Of a DNA stretch of 64,000 bases, positions 12,250 to 21,182 are shown one piece after another (within the stretch, counting starts at the first letter, position 1; every line of letters starts with the position of its first letter). The position numbers were made by a program, and so were the translations under genes. Source of the DNA: an uncultured Thermus sp. (GTDB lineage: Bacteria; Deinococcota; Deinococci; Deinococcales; Thermaceae); NCBI GenBank assembly GCA_947085095.1, contig CAMTVD010000006.1, forward strand, positions 1 to 64,000, given 5' to 3'. The notes beneath the pieces are model-generated. The model saw only the letters and a list, made by a program, of their open reading frames with translations, ran no database searches and was not told the DNA's origin.

Positions 12250-14204
12250 GACGGGTTCTTCCAGAGGGCCAGGGCCCGCACCGGGGCGTAGACCTGGAGG
12301 GGGGAAAGGGCCTCCCCGGTCCCCAGGTCCAGGCGGTGGATGCGGTTGGACCCCCGCCGGACCGCATACAGGATGCCGCCATGGGGCAGGAGCTCCACCA
12401 GGCTCATGCGGTCCTCGCCCTCCAAAAGGGGGAGGGGGAGGGAGCTGAGGAGGGCCCCCGAGAGGTCCAACACCCGCACCTTGCCCGCCTCCACGTCGTA
12501 GAGGAAAAGCCTCTCCTCCCCCACCCCCACCCCCCCTAAGAGCCTCAGCTCCTCGCTCCCCTTGGCGCGGCGGAAAGCGTAGCGGGAAAGGTAGCGCCCG
12601 TCGGGGGAAAGCCTTTGCACCTGGCGGTTGCCGTAGTCCAGGACGAAGAGAAAGCCGCCGGAGGCCACCAGGACCTTGGGGTCTTGGAAGGTACCTCGGC
12701 CCGGCCCCTGCCCTCCGAAGCGCCCCTGGTACCGGCCCTCGAGGTCCAGAAGGCTGATGGTGGCCGTCTCCCCGTCCAGGACGAAGAGGGTGCCGTCCAT
12801 GGCCGCCAGGCTCAGGGGGAAGAGGAACTCCCCCGGCTTCATCCCGTAAGGCCCTGTGGAGAGGAGGAGCTCCCCCTCGGGGGAGAAGCGGTGGATGAGC
12901 CTGGCCCCGTGCTCAAAGACCGAGACCCAGACCTTACCCTCGGAGTCCGCGGCCAGGGAAAGGGGCGGGGCGGGGAACTGGCCAGGAGCGGAGCCGATGC
13001 CGGAGATGAGCCTTGCGGCGGTGCCCTCCAGGTCCAGAAGGCGAACGGTTCCCTTCTTGGCCTCGGCCCCCACCAGGAGGTAGTAGGGGTGGGGTAGCCC
13101 CCTCTCGTCTTCCCAGGGCCCCTGAAGGCCCCCTATCACCTCCTCCAGGCCCGGGCGCTTGGCCGGGTCCTTCTCCAGCATCCTCAGGACCAGGTCGGAG
13201 AGGACCTGGGGGATCTCGGGCTTGAGCTGCTTGGGGGGGGTGGGAACCTGGAAGATCTGCTGGTGGATCACGGTCTCGTACCCCCCGGTGAAGGGGGGCT
13301 GGCCGGTCAAGGCCTCGTAGAGGACGATGCCCAAGGAGTAGATGTCCGAACGGTGGTCCAGCTTCTGCCCCTTGGCCTGCTCCGGGCTCATGTAGACCGG
13401 GGTGCCGATCCGGGCCCCGGTGATGGTGAGGCGGGTGAGCACCCTACCTGCGGCGATGCCGAAGTCCATGAGGCGCACCCCCCTGGGGTCCACCCCCTCC
13501 TCCCGCAGGGCCCCCTTAAGGACCATGATGTTCCCCGGCTTGATGTCCCGGTGGACGATGCCCTGAGCGTGGATGTGCTTGAGGGCGTCGGCCACCCGGG
13601 CCAGGATGGCCGCCACCTGACCGACGTTCAAACGCCTTTCCTCAATGAGCTTGTCCAGGCCCTCCCCTTCCAGGAACTCCATGGCGATGAAGTGGACCCC
13701 ATCCACCTGGCCGTGGTCGTAGACCTTGACGATGTTGGGGTGGTCCATCTTGGCCAGGACCTCCGCTTCCCGGTGGAAGCGGCGCACGAAGCGGGGGTCG
13801 CCCACAAAGCGCTCCTGGGGCACCTTGAGGGCCACCAGGCGGCCCGTCCTCTTGTCCTTAGCCTTGTAGACCGTGGCCATCCCCCCCACCCCCACCTTCT
13901 CCAGGATCTCGTAGCGCTGGGAGAGGCTCTCCACTTCCTCCGTGGTCTTGGCCCGGGCGGACCGCTTCTCCTTGGAGAGCTTCCGCCTCCTCTCCCGACG
14001 CCTCGGGCCCAGGTAGATCCGGGGGGCCACCAGGGTCCCTAGAACCAGGAAAAGCCAGGGGAAAACCGCCTCGAGGCGGGCCCCCAGGGCCACCCCTGCC
14101 CCGGAAAGCAGGGCCAGGAGAAAGAACAAGGACCAAGGGCCAAGGCGCACCGCCAAAAGGGCGGTGAGGAGGACCAAAAGCAGGGCGAGCAAAAGGGCCA
14201 TCAC
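12246..14204 (-). CDS. Hanks-type Ser/Thr protein kinase with N-terminal TM helices and C-terminal NHL-repeat propeller
   Basis: GVGGMATVY, VALK, HRDIKPGN, DFG, YMSPEQ, SDIYSLG; NHL-like repeats GQFPAP, GEFLFP, GTFQDP...DYGNRQVQ. Confidence 0.93.
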   Translation of the reverse strand: MMALLLALLLVLLTALLAVRLGPWSLFFLLALLSGAGVALGARLEAVFPWLFLVLGTLVAPRIYLGPRRRERRRKLSKEKRSARAKTTEEVESLSQRYEILEKVGVGGMATVYKAKDKRTGRLVALKVPQERFVGDPRFVRRFHREAEVLAKMDHPNIVKVYDHGQVDGVHFIAMEFLEGEGLDKLIEERRLNVGQVAAILARVADALKHIHAQGIVHRDIKPGNIMVLKGALREEGVDPRGVRLMDFGIAAGRVLTRLTITGARIGTPVYMSPEQAKGQKLDHRSDIYSLGIVLYEALTGQPPFTGGYETVIHQQIFQVPTPPKQLKPEIPQVLSDLVLRMLEKDPAKRPGLEEVIGGLQGPWEDERGLPHPYYLLVGAEAKKGTVRLLDLEGTAARLISGIGSAPGQFPAPPLSLAADSEGKVWVSVFEHGARLIHRFSPEGELLLSTGPYGMKPGEFLFPLSLAAMDGTLFVLDGETATISLLDLEGRYQGRFGGQGPGRGTFQDPKVLVASGGFLFVLDYGNRQVQRLSPDGRYLSRYAFRRAKGSEELRLLGGVGVGEERLFLYDVEAGKVRVLDLSGALLSSLPLPLLEGEDRMSLVELLPHGGILYAVRRGSNRIHRLDLGTGEALSPLQVYAPVRALALWKNPS

Positions 14205-14956
14205 GCCACCTTCAGAGCCACGGCGGTCACGTTGTCATCCCCCCCGCGGCGCAAGGCCTCTGAAACGAGGGCCTCGAGGCTCCCCTGGAGGTCCTTGCCC
14301 AGTTGCCACTCCTCCTCGGGCACCAGGCCGTAAAGCCCGTCGGTGACCAAAAGCACCCCCTCCCCGGGGGCCAGGCGCACCTCCACGAGGTCAAAGCGGG
14401 CCTCGGGAAGCCCTAGGGCCCGGGTGAGGACGTTGCGGTAGGGGTGGCGCTCCGCCTCGGTCTTGGTCAGGACCCCTTCCTTAAGGCGCTCCGCCACCCA
14501 GGAGTGGTCCTCGGTGAGGCGGCGCAGGCCCCCGGGGCCGAAGAGGTAGGCCCGGGAGTCCCCGATGTGCCCCACCACCCCCTCCTTGAGCCAGTCGGCG
14601 TAGAGGAGGGCGGTCAGGGTGGTACCCATCCCCTTCCTCCCCGGCTTCTCCGCCTCCTTCTCCACTCTCCTCTGCGCCAGGGCCAAGGCCTTCTCCATGA
14701 CCCGCTTCAGGCCCACAGCGGGGCGGCCCTCCCTGAGGCGCTCCCCGTAAGCCCGGGTCGCCTCGGAGAGGGCCTCTATGGCCACCTTGCTGGCCCACTC
14801 CCCCGCCTCCATCCCCCCCATGCCGTCGGCCACCGCCAGCAAAAAGAGGTTTCCCTGGGGCAGGGAAAGGTGGAGCACCCGGTGGAAGTCCTCGTTGTTC
14901 CGGCGGCGGCCCACGTGGGAGACAGCAGCCACCTGGAAGCGGGGGGCGAGGCGCAT
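14201..14956 (-). CDS. PP2C-family Ser/Thr phosphatase
   Basis: GRRRNNED, VADGMGG, MGTT, HIGDSRAY, TDGL, GGDDNVT. Start placed 7 nt after TACAAT; 14965 is an alternative. Confidence 0.95.
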   Translation of the reverse strand: MRLAPRFQVAAVSHVGRRRNNEDFHRVLHLSLPQGNLFLLAVADGMGGMEAGEWASKVAIEALSEATRAYGERLREGRPAVGLKRVMEKALALAQRRVEKEAEKPGRKGMGTTLTALLYADWLKEGVVGHIGDSRAYLFGPGGLRRLTEDHSWVAERLKEGVLTKTEAERHPYRNVLTRALGLPEARFDLVEVRLAPGEGVLLVTDGLYGLVPEEEWQLGKDLQGSLEALVSEALRRGGDDNVTAVALKVA

Positions 14957-14981
14957 CGGGCTCATTGTATAGGATGGAAGG
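14957..14981. promoter_or_regulatory. Back-to-back divergent leaderless promoters
   Basis: Minus-strand TACAAT (14964-14969) 7 nt before ATG 14956; plus-strand TAGGAT (14970-14975) 6 nt before GTG 14982. Confidence 0.6.
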
Positions 14982-16694
14982 GTGGAGCGCCTGGCCGACC
15001 TGGTGGACCTCTACGAGTACCGGGTGGAGGACCTGGCCCACGGCCGCAACCCCAAAGGGGGGAAGAAGGCCCTCCTGGAGCTCCGCGCCCTTTTGGCCCA
15101 GACCCGGCTCCCAGGGCCCTTGGCCAAACGCTTCCGCCAGGCGGATGCCCGCTTCCGGGCCCTGCGGGGCCAAAGGACCGAGCCGCCTCCCGCCCTGGAC
15201 CTCCCCACCCTCCTTCCCGAGGAGCCGGCACCCTCCAGGGAGGAGGGCCAGGAGAACCTCCGCACCCTCGCCCTGAAGGTGTGGCGCCTCCTCGCCTCCC
15301 GGGAGGCCAAGGTTCGGGCCAAGGACCTCCTTTCGGGTCGGCGGGAGGAACTCCGCCTCATCCACGCCTTCTTGCAAAACTACCTGGAATACCGGGAAAA
15401 GGAGGGGTTCCAACGTGACTACAACCTCTCCCGCTTCGCGCCCACCCACCCCATACCCTCCCTCTCGGACAGCCTCATGGACCTGGAGGACCCCAAGGTG
15501 GCGGAGGCCCTCCTCCTGGAGTACCTGGAAACCACCCTCCATATCCCCAAGGACCTCCCCCTTCCCCCGGAGGAGACCATCAACTACGTGCGCCGCTTCC
15601 TGGGCCGTCTCCTGGACTGGGAAGAAGCCTACGGCTTACCCCCTAGGCGGGACCTCTTGGCCTTGAGGCGGGCCCTGGAGGAGGCAAGGCGCATGGGGGC
15701 GGGGGAAAAGGAAATCGCCCGCCTGGAGGAGCGCCTCCGGCAGGAGGCCCGAGAGGAAAGACGGCGGGAACTTCTCCTGGAAGAGGAGCGGCGCCGCTTC
15801 CGGGTGGCCCAGGAGAAGGTCCTCTCCCTTTTGAACCTCCTGCCCACCCCCCAGGGGGAGACCCCTTGGCCCGAGGTGCCCAAGCCCGGGGAGGTGCGGG
15901 AGAGCCTGGCCACGGTGCGCCTGGCCCCAGGCCGCATCCCCTTGGGCCCTGTGGTGCTCACCCTGAGCCAGGTGGGGGAAGAGTGGCACCTGGGCCTGGC
16001 GGGGGAGGACCACGTCCTGGAGGAAAGCCTGCTCCTACCCTGGGAGGACCTCGAGGTCTTAGCGGTGCGGGAAGGGGACCTCCTCCACCTCAGGCTGGAG
16101 GCGCGGAGCGGCCTCAGGCTTTACGAGCTCCTCTCCGAGGGGCGGGTCCTGGCCCTCCTCCTACGCCCCCAGGGGGATTACGCCCACCTCCGCCTCCTAA
16201 GGGCCCTCTCCGCCAGGCTCAAAGGGGAGTTCCGCCTCGAGGACTTTGGCCCCCACCTGGCGGAGAAGTACCGCCTGGCCCCAGAGGAGGCTCTACAGGA
16301 CTTCGCCCGCAAGGGATTAGAGCTCACCCTCAAGCGCCTAGGCCCCACCGACCCAGAACCCCTCCTCCTGGAGGTGGGCCAGGCCCTGGGCCTGGAAGGG
16401 GAGGCCCGCACCCTAGCGGAAACCCTCAAGGCCTACCTGGGCCGCCGCCCCCCTACCCGGGAAACCCTGGGCGGGGAAGTGCACTTTCTTTCCCTTTCCC
16501 CCGAGCCCACCAGCCTGAAGGTGGGGAACGCCGTCCTCTCCCTACGCCTTCGGGAGGACGGGGTCTATGTGGGCCAGGCGGGGGAGGTGGCGAGACGGCT
16601 TAGGGACCTCCTGGTCTACCGCCTGACCGAAGGCACCTTGGTCCTGGCCCGGGAAGGGAAGCGGCTGGCCTACCTGGTGGTTGGAACGCCTTGA
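14982..16694 (+). CDS. Hypothetical 570-aa protein with coiled coil and two copies of a beta-rich repeat
   Basis: Long ORF with host-like codon use; charged coiled coil; two alignable segments of about 65 aa. Confidence 0.85.
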   Translation: MERLADLVDLYEYRVEDLAHGRNPKGGKKALLELRALLAQTRLPGPLAKRFRQADARFRALRGQRTEPPPALDLPTLLPEEPAPSREEGQENLRTLALKVWRLLASREAKVRAKDLLSGRREELRLIHAFLQNYLEYREKEGFQRDYNLSRFAPTHPIPSLSDSLMDLEDPKVAEALLLEYLETTLHIPKDLPLPPEETINYVRRFLGRLLDWEEAYGLPPRRDLLALRRALEEARRMGAGEKEIARLEERLRQEAREERRRELLLEEERRRFRVAQEKVLSLLNLLPTPQGETPWPEVPKPGEVRESLATVRLAPGRIPLGPVVLTLSQVGEEWHLGLAGEDHVLEESLLLPWEDLEVLAVREGDLLHLRLEARSGLRLYELLSEGRVLALLLRPQGDYAHLRLLRALSARLKGEFRLEDFGPHLAEKYRLAPEEALQDFARKGLELTLKRLGPTDPEPLLLEVGQALGLEGEARTLAETLKAYLGRRPPTRETLGGEVHFLSLSPEPTSLKVGNAVLSLRLREDGVYVGQAGEVARRLRDLLVYRLTEGTLVLAREGKRLAYLVVGTP

Positions 16695-16732
16695 CGCAAA
16701 GGACCTCCTTGGTATAATCCCGGGCAAGGAGG
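16691..16732 (+). promoter_or_regulatory. Sigma70-type promoter and SD of the MFS gene
   Basis: TTGACG (16691)-16 nt-TATAAT (16713) with extended TG, then AGGAGG. Confidence 0.7.
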
Positions 16733-16735
16733 CCC

Positions 16736-17941
16736 ATGAAAGTCCTAAGGCACAAAGCCTTTGCCCGCCTCATCCTCTCCTACCTGGTCTCCCAGGCGGG
16801 GAGCAAGATTCACCGGGTGGCCCTTCTCGTCTTGGTCTACCTCCTCACGGAAAACGCCCTCTGGGTGTCCTTGGCCCTGGGGGTGCAGCTTCTTGGCACC
16901 GTGGTCTTCTCCCCCCTCCTCTCCGCCTGGGCGGATACCCAGGATAGGAAGCGGCTCCTCGTCTGGTCGGACCTCCTCCGCGCCCCCCTGGTGGCCCTAA
17001 TCCCCCTCCTCGGGGCCAAGAGCCTGCCCGTCCTCCTCCTTTTGGTCTTCGTCATAGAGCTCCTGCGCGACCTCCACGACCCCATCCAGAACGCCGTGGT
17101 CCCCGACCTGGTGCCCAAGGAGGAGGTGGACGAGGCGAACAGCCTCGTCCTCCTCACCGACCGCCTCTCGGAGGTGCTCTTCGTGGGAGCCGCCGGGGTC
17201 TTGGTGGCCACAGTGGGTCCGGCCTTCGCCTTCTATCTGGATGCCCTCACCTACCTGGCCTCCGGGCTCCTGCTCACGGGCCTTCCCCCCTTGAAGCCCG
17301 ATCGGCTCCCCAAGGCGGGGTACCTGGAACGGGTTAAGGAGGGCTTGGGCCACCTCACCCGCCACCCCACCATCCGGCGGGCGGTGGGTACCCTTTTCGC
17401 CGCCGCCGCCTTCGGCTCGGTGGAGACCGCCTTGGGGGTGGTCCTGGCCATCAAGTGGCTGGGGGTAGGCTCCGCGGGTTTCGGCTTCATGGAGGCGGCC
17501 ATGGCCCTGGGGGCCATCCTGGGGGGGCTTGCCATGCCCTACCTCCTAAGGCGCTTCCCCCGGGAGCGGCTCTTCCTCTACGCCCTCTTCCTCTTCGGGA
17601 TCTTTGAGGCTTCCATCGGGGCCTTCCCCGTCTTCGCCTGGGTGCTCGTGGCCTTCTTCCTGGGGGGGTTCCTCAACATGGCCTTCATCGTCCCCGCCCG
17701 CTCCATCCTCCAGCTCAACACCCCCCAGGAGATGCGGGGGCGGATCTTCGCCGCCTTCAGCGCGGTGATGAACGCCGCCGTCCTCATGGGCACCATGCTG
17801 GGCGGGGCCTTGGAGGGCCGGATTGGGGCCCCCATGGTCTTCCTCCTGGCGGGGGTCATGGTGAGCCTGGCGGCGGGCTACACCCTCCTCACCGGGGGCA
17901 TCCCCGCACCCCGGGAAAGCCCCAAGACCTCGGAAACCTAG
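16736..17941 (+). CDS. MFS transporter (MefA/EntS-like)
   Basis: About 12 hydrophobic segments, WADTQDRKRLL motif A variant, TPQEMRGRIF. Confidence 0.9.
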   Translation: MKVLRHKAFARLILSYLVSQAGSKIHRVALLVLVYLLTENALWVSLALGVQLLGTVVFSPLLSAWADTQDRKRLLVWSDLLRAPLVALIPLLGAKSLPVLLLLVFVIELLRDLHDPIQNAVVPDLVPKEEVDEANSLVLLTDRLSEVLFVGAAGVLVATVGPAFAFYLDALTYLASGLLLTGLPPLKPDRLPKAGYLERVKEGLGHLTRHPTIRRAVGTLFAAAAFGSVETALGVVLAIKWLGVGSAGFGFMEAAMALGAILGGLAMPYLLRRFPRERLFLYALFLFGIFEASIGAFPVFAWVLVAFFLGGFLNMAFIVPARSILQLNTPQEMRGRIFAAFSAVMNAAVLMGTMLGGALEGRIGAPMVFLLAGVMVSLAAGYTLLTGGIPAPRESPKTSET

Positions 17942-18918
17942 GCCTCCCTGAGCCAGCGGGCCACTTCTAGGGCGTAGTAGGTGAGGATGCCCTGGGCCCC
18001 GGCGCGGCGCAAGGCGTGGAGGCTTTCCAGAACCGCCCGCCTCTCGTCCAGCCACCCCCTCAGAGCCGCCGCCTTTAGCATGGCGTACTCCCCGGAAACC
18101 TGGTAGGCGAAGAGGGGCTTGGCGAAGCGGCCTTTGAGCTCCCGCAGGACGTCCAGGTAGGGCAGGGCGGGCTTGACCATGAGGATGTCGGCCCCCTCGA
18201 GCTCGTCCAAGGCCGCCTCCCTCAGGGCGTCCCAGAGCCCCGCCTTGGGGTCCATCTGGTAGCCCGAGCGATCGCCAAAGCTCGGGGCGCTCCCCGCCGC
18301 CTCCCGGAAGGGGCCGTAGAAGGCGGAAGCGTACTTCACCGCATAGGAAAGGATGGGCACGTGGGCGTACCCCGCCCCGTCCAAGGCCTGGCGGATGGCC
18401 TTAACCTGCCCGTCCATCATGGCGCTCGGGGCCACCACGTCCGCCCCCGCCTGGGCCTGGGAGAGGGCGGTCTTGGCGAGGAGGTCTAAGGTGGCGTCGT
18501 TATCCACGTAAAAGCCCAGGGGGCCCTCACGGACCACCCCGCAGTGGCCGTGGTCCGTGTACTCGCAAAGGCAGGTGTCGGCCATGACCAAAAGCCCGGG
18601 GACCTCCTGCTTGAGGAGCCGGATGGCCCGCTGCACCACCCCCTCCTCGGCGTAGGCCCCCTGGCCCAAAGGGTCCTTGGCCGCCTCGGGGAGAACGCCA
18701 AAGAGGATGACCCCGCCAAGGCCCGCCTCCAGGGCCTCCTCCCCCACCCGGGGGAGGTCCTTTAGGGGGTGGCGGAAGACCCCGGGCATGGAGGGGACCT
18801 CCTCCCTCTCCCCCCCTTCCTTCACGAAGAGGGGGAGGATGAGGTGCCTGGGGGAAAGCTCCACCTCGGCCACCAGGGGCCTTAAGAGGGGGGAACGTAG
18901 CCTTCTTGGGCGCTCCAT
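17938..18918 (-). CDS. hemB: Porphobilinogen synthase
   Basis: RPRRLR, DTCLCEYTDHGHC, SAMMDG, KYASAFYGPFR, MVKPA, YQVSGEY. Confidence 0.98.
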   Translation of the reverse strand: MERPRRLRSPLLRPLVAEVELSPRHLILPLFVKEGGEREEVPSMPGVFRHPLKDLPRVGEEALEAGLGGVILFGVLPEAAKDPLGQGAYAEEGVVQRAIRLLKQEVPGLLVMADTCLCEYTDHGHCGVVREGPLGFYVDNDATLDLLAKTALSQAQAGADVVAPSAMMDGQVKAIRQALDGAGYAHVPILSYAVKYASAFYGPFREAAGSAPSFGDRSGYQMDPKAGLWDALREAALDELEGADILMVKPALPYLDVLRELKGRFAKPLFAYQVSGEYAMLKAAALRGWLDERRAVLESLHALRRAGAQGILTYYALEVARWLREA

Positions 18919-18948
18919 GGCTTCCACTATACTCAGAGGGGAGGGAGC

Positions 18949-19266
18949 ATGAACCTGCAGAAGCTCTTGAAGGAAGCCCAGAAAGCCCAGAAGAAGGCGG
19001 CCGAGGTGCAGGAGCGCCTGGAGAAGATGACCGTGGTGGGCACGGCCCAGGGCCTGGTGGAGGTGGAGGCCAACGGCCACGGGAAGATCCTGGCCCTGCG
19101 CCTCAAGCCCGAGGCCCTAAGGACCTTCCAGGACGACCTCGAGGGCCTGGAGGACCTCCTTTTGGTGGCCATCCAGGACGCCCAGAAGAAGGCCCACGAG
19201 CTTTCGGAAAAGGAGATGGCCCGGGAACTGGGCGGGGTAGGGGACATGCTGGGGAAACTCCTCTAG
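18949..19266 (+). CDS. ybaB: YbaB/EbfC nucleoid-associated protein
   Basis: MNLQKLLKEAQKAQ, GLVEVEANG, LEDLLLVAIQDA; lies upstream of recR. Confidence 0.93.
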   Translation: MNLQKLLKEAQKAQKKAAEVQERLEKMTVVGTAQGLVEVEANGHGKILALRLKPEALRTFQDDLEGLEDLLLVAIQDAQKKAHELSEKEMARELGGVGDMLGKLL

Positions 19267-19269
19267 CCC

Positions 19270-19854
19270 ATGCGCTACCCGGAAAGCCTCCTCAAGCTCA
19301 CCCGGGCCCTCTCCCGCCTTCCCGGCATCGGCCCCAAGACGGCCCAGAAGCTGGCCCTCTTCCTGGCCTTCGGGAGGGAGGAGGCGGAGGGGCTCCGGGA
19401 AGCCCTGGAAGGGCTAAAGGCTCTCGGAGTCTGCCGGGTCTGCGGCAACCTGGCGGAGGGGGAGCTTTGCCCCATCTGCCAGGACGAAGGGCGGGACCGC
19501 ACCCTTTTGGCGGTGGTGGAAACCGTGGCCGATCTCTACGCCCTGGAGCGGAGCGGAGAGTTCCTAGGGGTCTACCACGTGCTGGGCGGGGCCCTGAACC
19601 CCTTGGAGGGCGTGGGGCCTAAGGACCTCAACCTGGAGGGCCTCTGGCCAAGGCTAGAGGGCGTGCGGGAGGTCATCCTGGCCACCTCCATGACCGTGGA
19701 GGGGGAGGCCACCGCCCTCTTTCTGGCCGAGGAGCTGAAGCGGCGGGGAGTGAGGGCCACCCGCCTGGCCTACGGCCTGCCCGTGGGGGGGAGCCTGGAG
19801 TACGTGGACGAGGTGACCCTGGGCCGGGCCCTGGAGGGGAGGAAGCCCCTATGA
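19270..19854 (+). CDS. recR: Recombination mediator RecR
   Basis: LPGIGPKTAQK HhH, CRVC...CPIC zinc finger, TOPRIM EGEATA, GLPVGGSLEYVD. Confidence 0.98.
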   Translation: MRYPESLLKLTRALSRLPGIGPKTAQKLALFLAFGREEAEGLREALEGLKALGVCRVCGNLAEGELCPICQDEGRDRTLLAVVETVADLYALERSGEFLGVYHVLGGALNPLEGVGPKDLNLEGLWPRLEGVREVILATSMTVEGEATALFLAEELKRRGVRATRLAYGLPVGGSLEYVDEVTLGRALEGRKPL

Positions 19855-20246
19855 TGCCCCGGGAGCCCGCCACGGAGAGCCTCCTTCAGGAGCTTTTGGA
19901 CCGGGTGGAGGGGGGCTTCGCCGCCGCCATCGGCACCCTCGAGGGCCTCCTGGTGGAGGGGGTGCGGCGGCGCCGGGTGGACCTGGAGGCCGCCGTCGCC
20001 GAGCACGCCGCCCTCCTCCGCCAGGCCAAGGCTGCCTACGCCGGGAGCTTGGGCACCTCGAGGATCCAGGAAATCCTGGTGGGGGGAGCTCCTGTGGTAG
20101 GCTATGCCCGGATGCTGGGAGTCCCCCCCCGGGAGGACCTTTTTCTCCTGCTCCTCATGGACCCGGAGGCCAACCTGGGCCAGGCCCGGCTCCAGGCGGG
20201 GCGCCTGGGTCTGGCCCTATTGGAGGTGACGGGATGGCTTACCTAG
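19851..20246 (+). CDS. Roadblock/LAMTOR2-domain protein 1
   Basis: VEGGFAAAIGTLEGLLV...FLLLLMDPEANLGQARL fits the roadblock pattern. Confidence 0.75.
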   Translation: MMPREPATESLLQELLDRVEGGFAAAIGTLEGLLVEGVRRRRVDLEAAVAEHAALLRQAKAAYAGSLGTSRIQEILVGGAPVVGYARMLGVPPREDLFLLLLMDPEANLGQARLQAGRLGLALLEVTGWLT

Positions 20247-20563
20247 AAGGCCTCGCCCCCTTTGGGGTAAAGCGGGCCGTCCTCACGGGCCTGGACGGCC
20301 TGGTCATAGAGACCCTGGGCCGGGGAGCCCCCCCTGCCGAGGTCCTGGCGGCCGAGCTGGCCTCCCTGGCCCGGCACATGGCCCCCCTGGCGGAGGCCCT
20401 AGAAGGGGAGGTGCGCCGCTTCACCCTGACCACGGAAACCCATGAGCTCCTGGCCCTAAGGGTGGGGGAGTACCTCCTGGGAGCAGTGTTGGAACGGGGG
20501 ATGGACCGAAAGGCCATCGGCCAGGAGCTTTCCCGCATCGCCCTTAAGCTAGAGAATCTCTAG
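20234..20563 (+). CDS. Roadblock/LAMTOR2-domain protein 2
   Basis: GVKRAVLTGLDGLVIE...EVLAAELASL...YLLGAVL. Confidence 0.8.
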   Translation: MAYLEGLAPFGVKRAVLTGLDGLVIETLGRGAPPAEVLAAELASLARHMAPLAEALEGEVRRFTLTTETHELLALRVGEYLLGAVLERGMDRKAIGQELSRIALKLENL

Positions 20564-20571
20564 GAGGCAGG

Positions 20572-20919
20572 ATGAGAGAAGCCCTGCAGGAACTAAAGGC
20601 CACCAAGGGGGTGCGGGTGGCCGCGCTCCTCAGCGAGGACGGCTTCGTGGTGGAAGAGGTGCGGGAGGAGGGAGCCCCCGATCCCAGCCTCCTCTCCGCC
20701 CGGGCGGCCACCGTCCTGGGCACCGCCAAGGCCCTGGGCCAGACCCTGGGCCAGGAGGGTTTGGAGGAGGTCATGGTAGAGTACCCGGAGGGGGTGCTCC
20801 TCCTTGCCCCGCTGCCCGGCCACCACCTCCTCCTCTTCCTGGACGGGGTGCGGAGCCTGGGCCGGGTGCGGCTGGCCCTAAAGCGGGCACTCCCCCAGAT
20901 CACGGAGGCCTTAGCATGA
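20572..20919 (+). CDS. Roadblock/LAMTOR2-domain (MglB-like) protein 3
   Basis: GVRVAALLSEDGFVV...LEEVMVEY...SLGRVRLALKR. Confidence 0.85.
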   Translation: MREALQELKATKGVRVAALLSEDGFVVEEVREEGAPDPSLLSARAATVLGTAKALGQTLGQEGLEEVMVEYPEGVLLLAPLPGHHLLLFLDGVRSLGRVRLALKRALPQITEALA

Positions 20920-21182
20920 ACGAGCTGAAGCTAGACATCCAGATTGACAAGGACGCCGCCATCGGCCGCTACACCAACCTGGCCCTCATCGCCCACACCA
21001 AAAACGAGTTCATCCTGGACTTCGCCCTCCTCCAGCCCCAGGGTGGGGCTTTGGTGGTGAGCCGCATCATCACCAGCCCCCAGCACGCCAAGGCCCTCCT
21101 CCGGAGCCTGGCGGAGAACGTGGCCCGCTACGAGGAGACCTTTGGCCCCATCCCCGAGCCCGTGGCGGAAAGCCAGGCCTAG
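20916..21182 (+). CDS. DUF3467-family protein
   Basis: YTNLALIAHTKNEFILDFA...SRIITSPQHAKALL...YEETFGPI. Confidence 0.85.
   Translation: MNELKLDIQIDKDAAIGRYTNLALIAHTKNEFILDFALLQPQGGALVVSRIITSPQHAKALLRSLAENVARYEETFGPIPEPVAESQA

Noticed and set aside
14982..16694. Calling the repeats FHA domains because of the adjacent kinase
   Set aside because: The GR, SxxH and NG signature residues are not visible; left as an unknown repeat.
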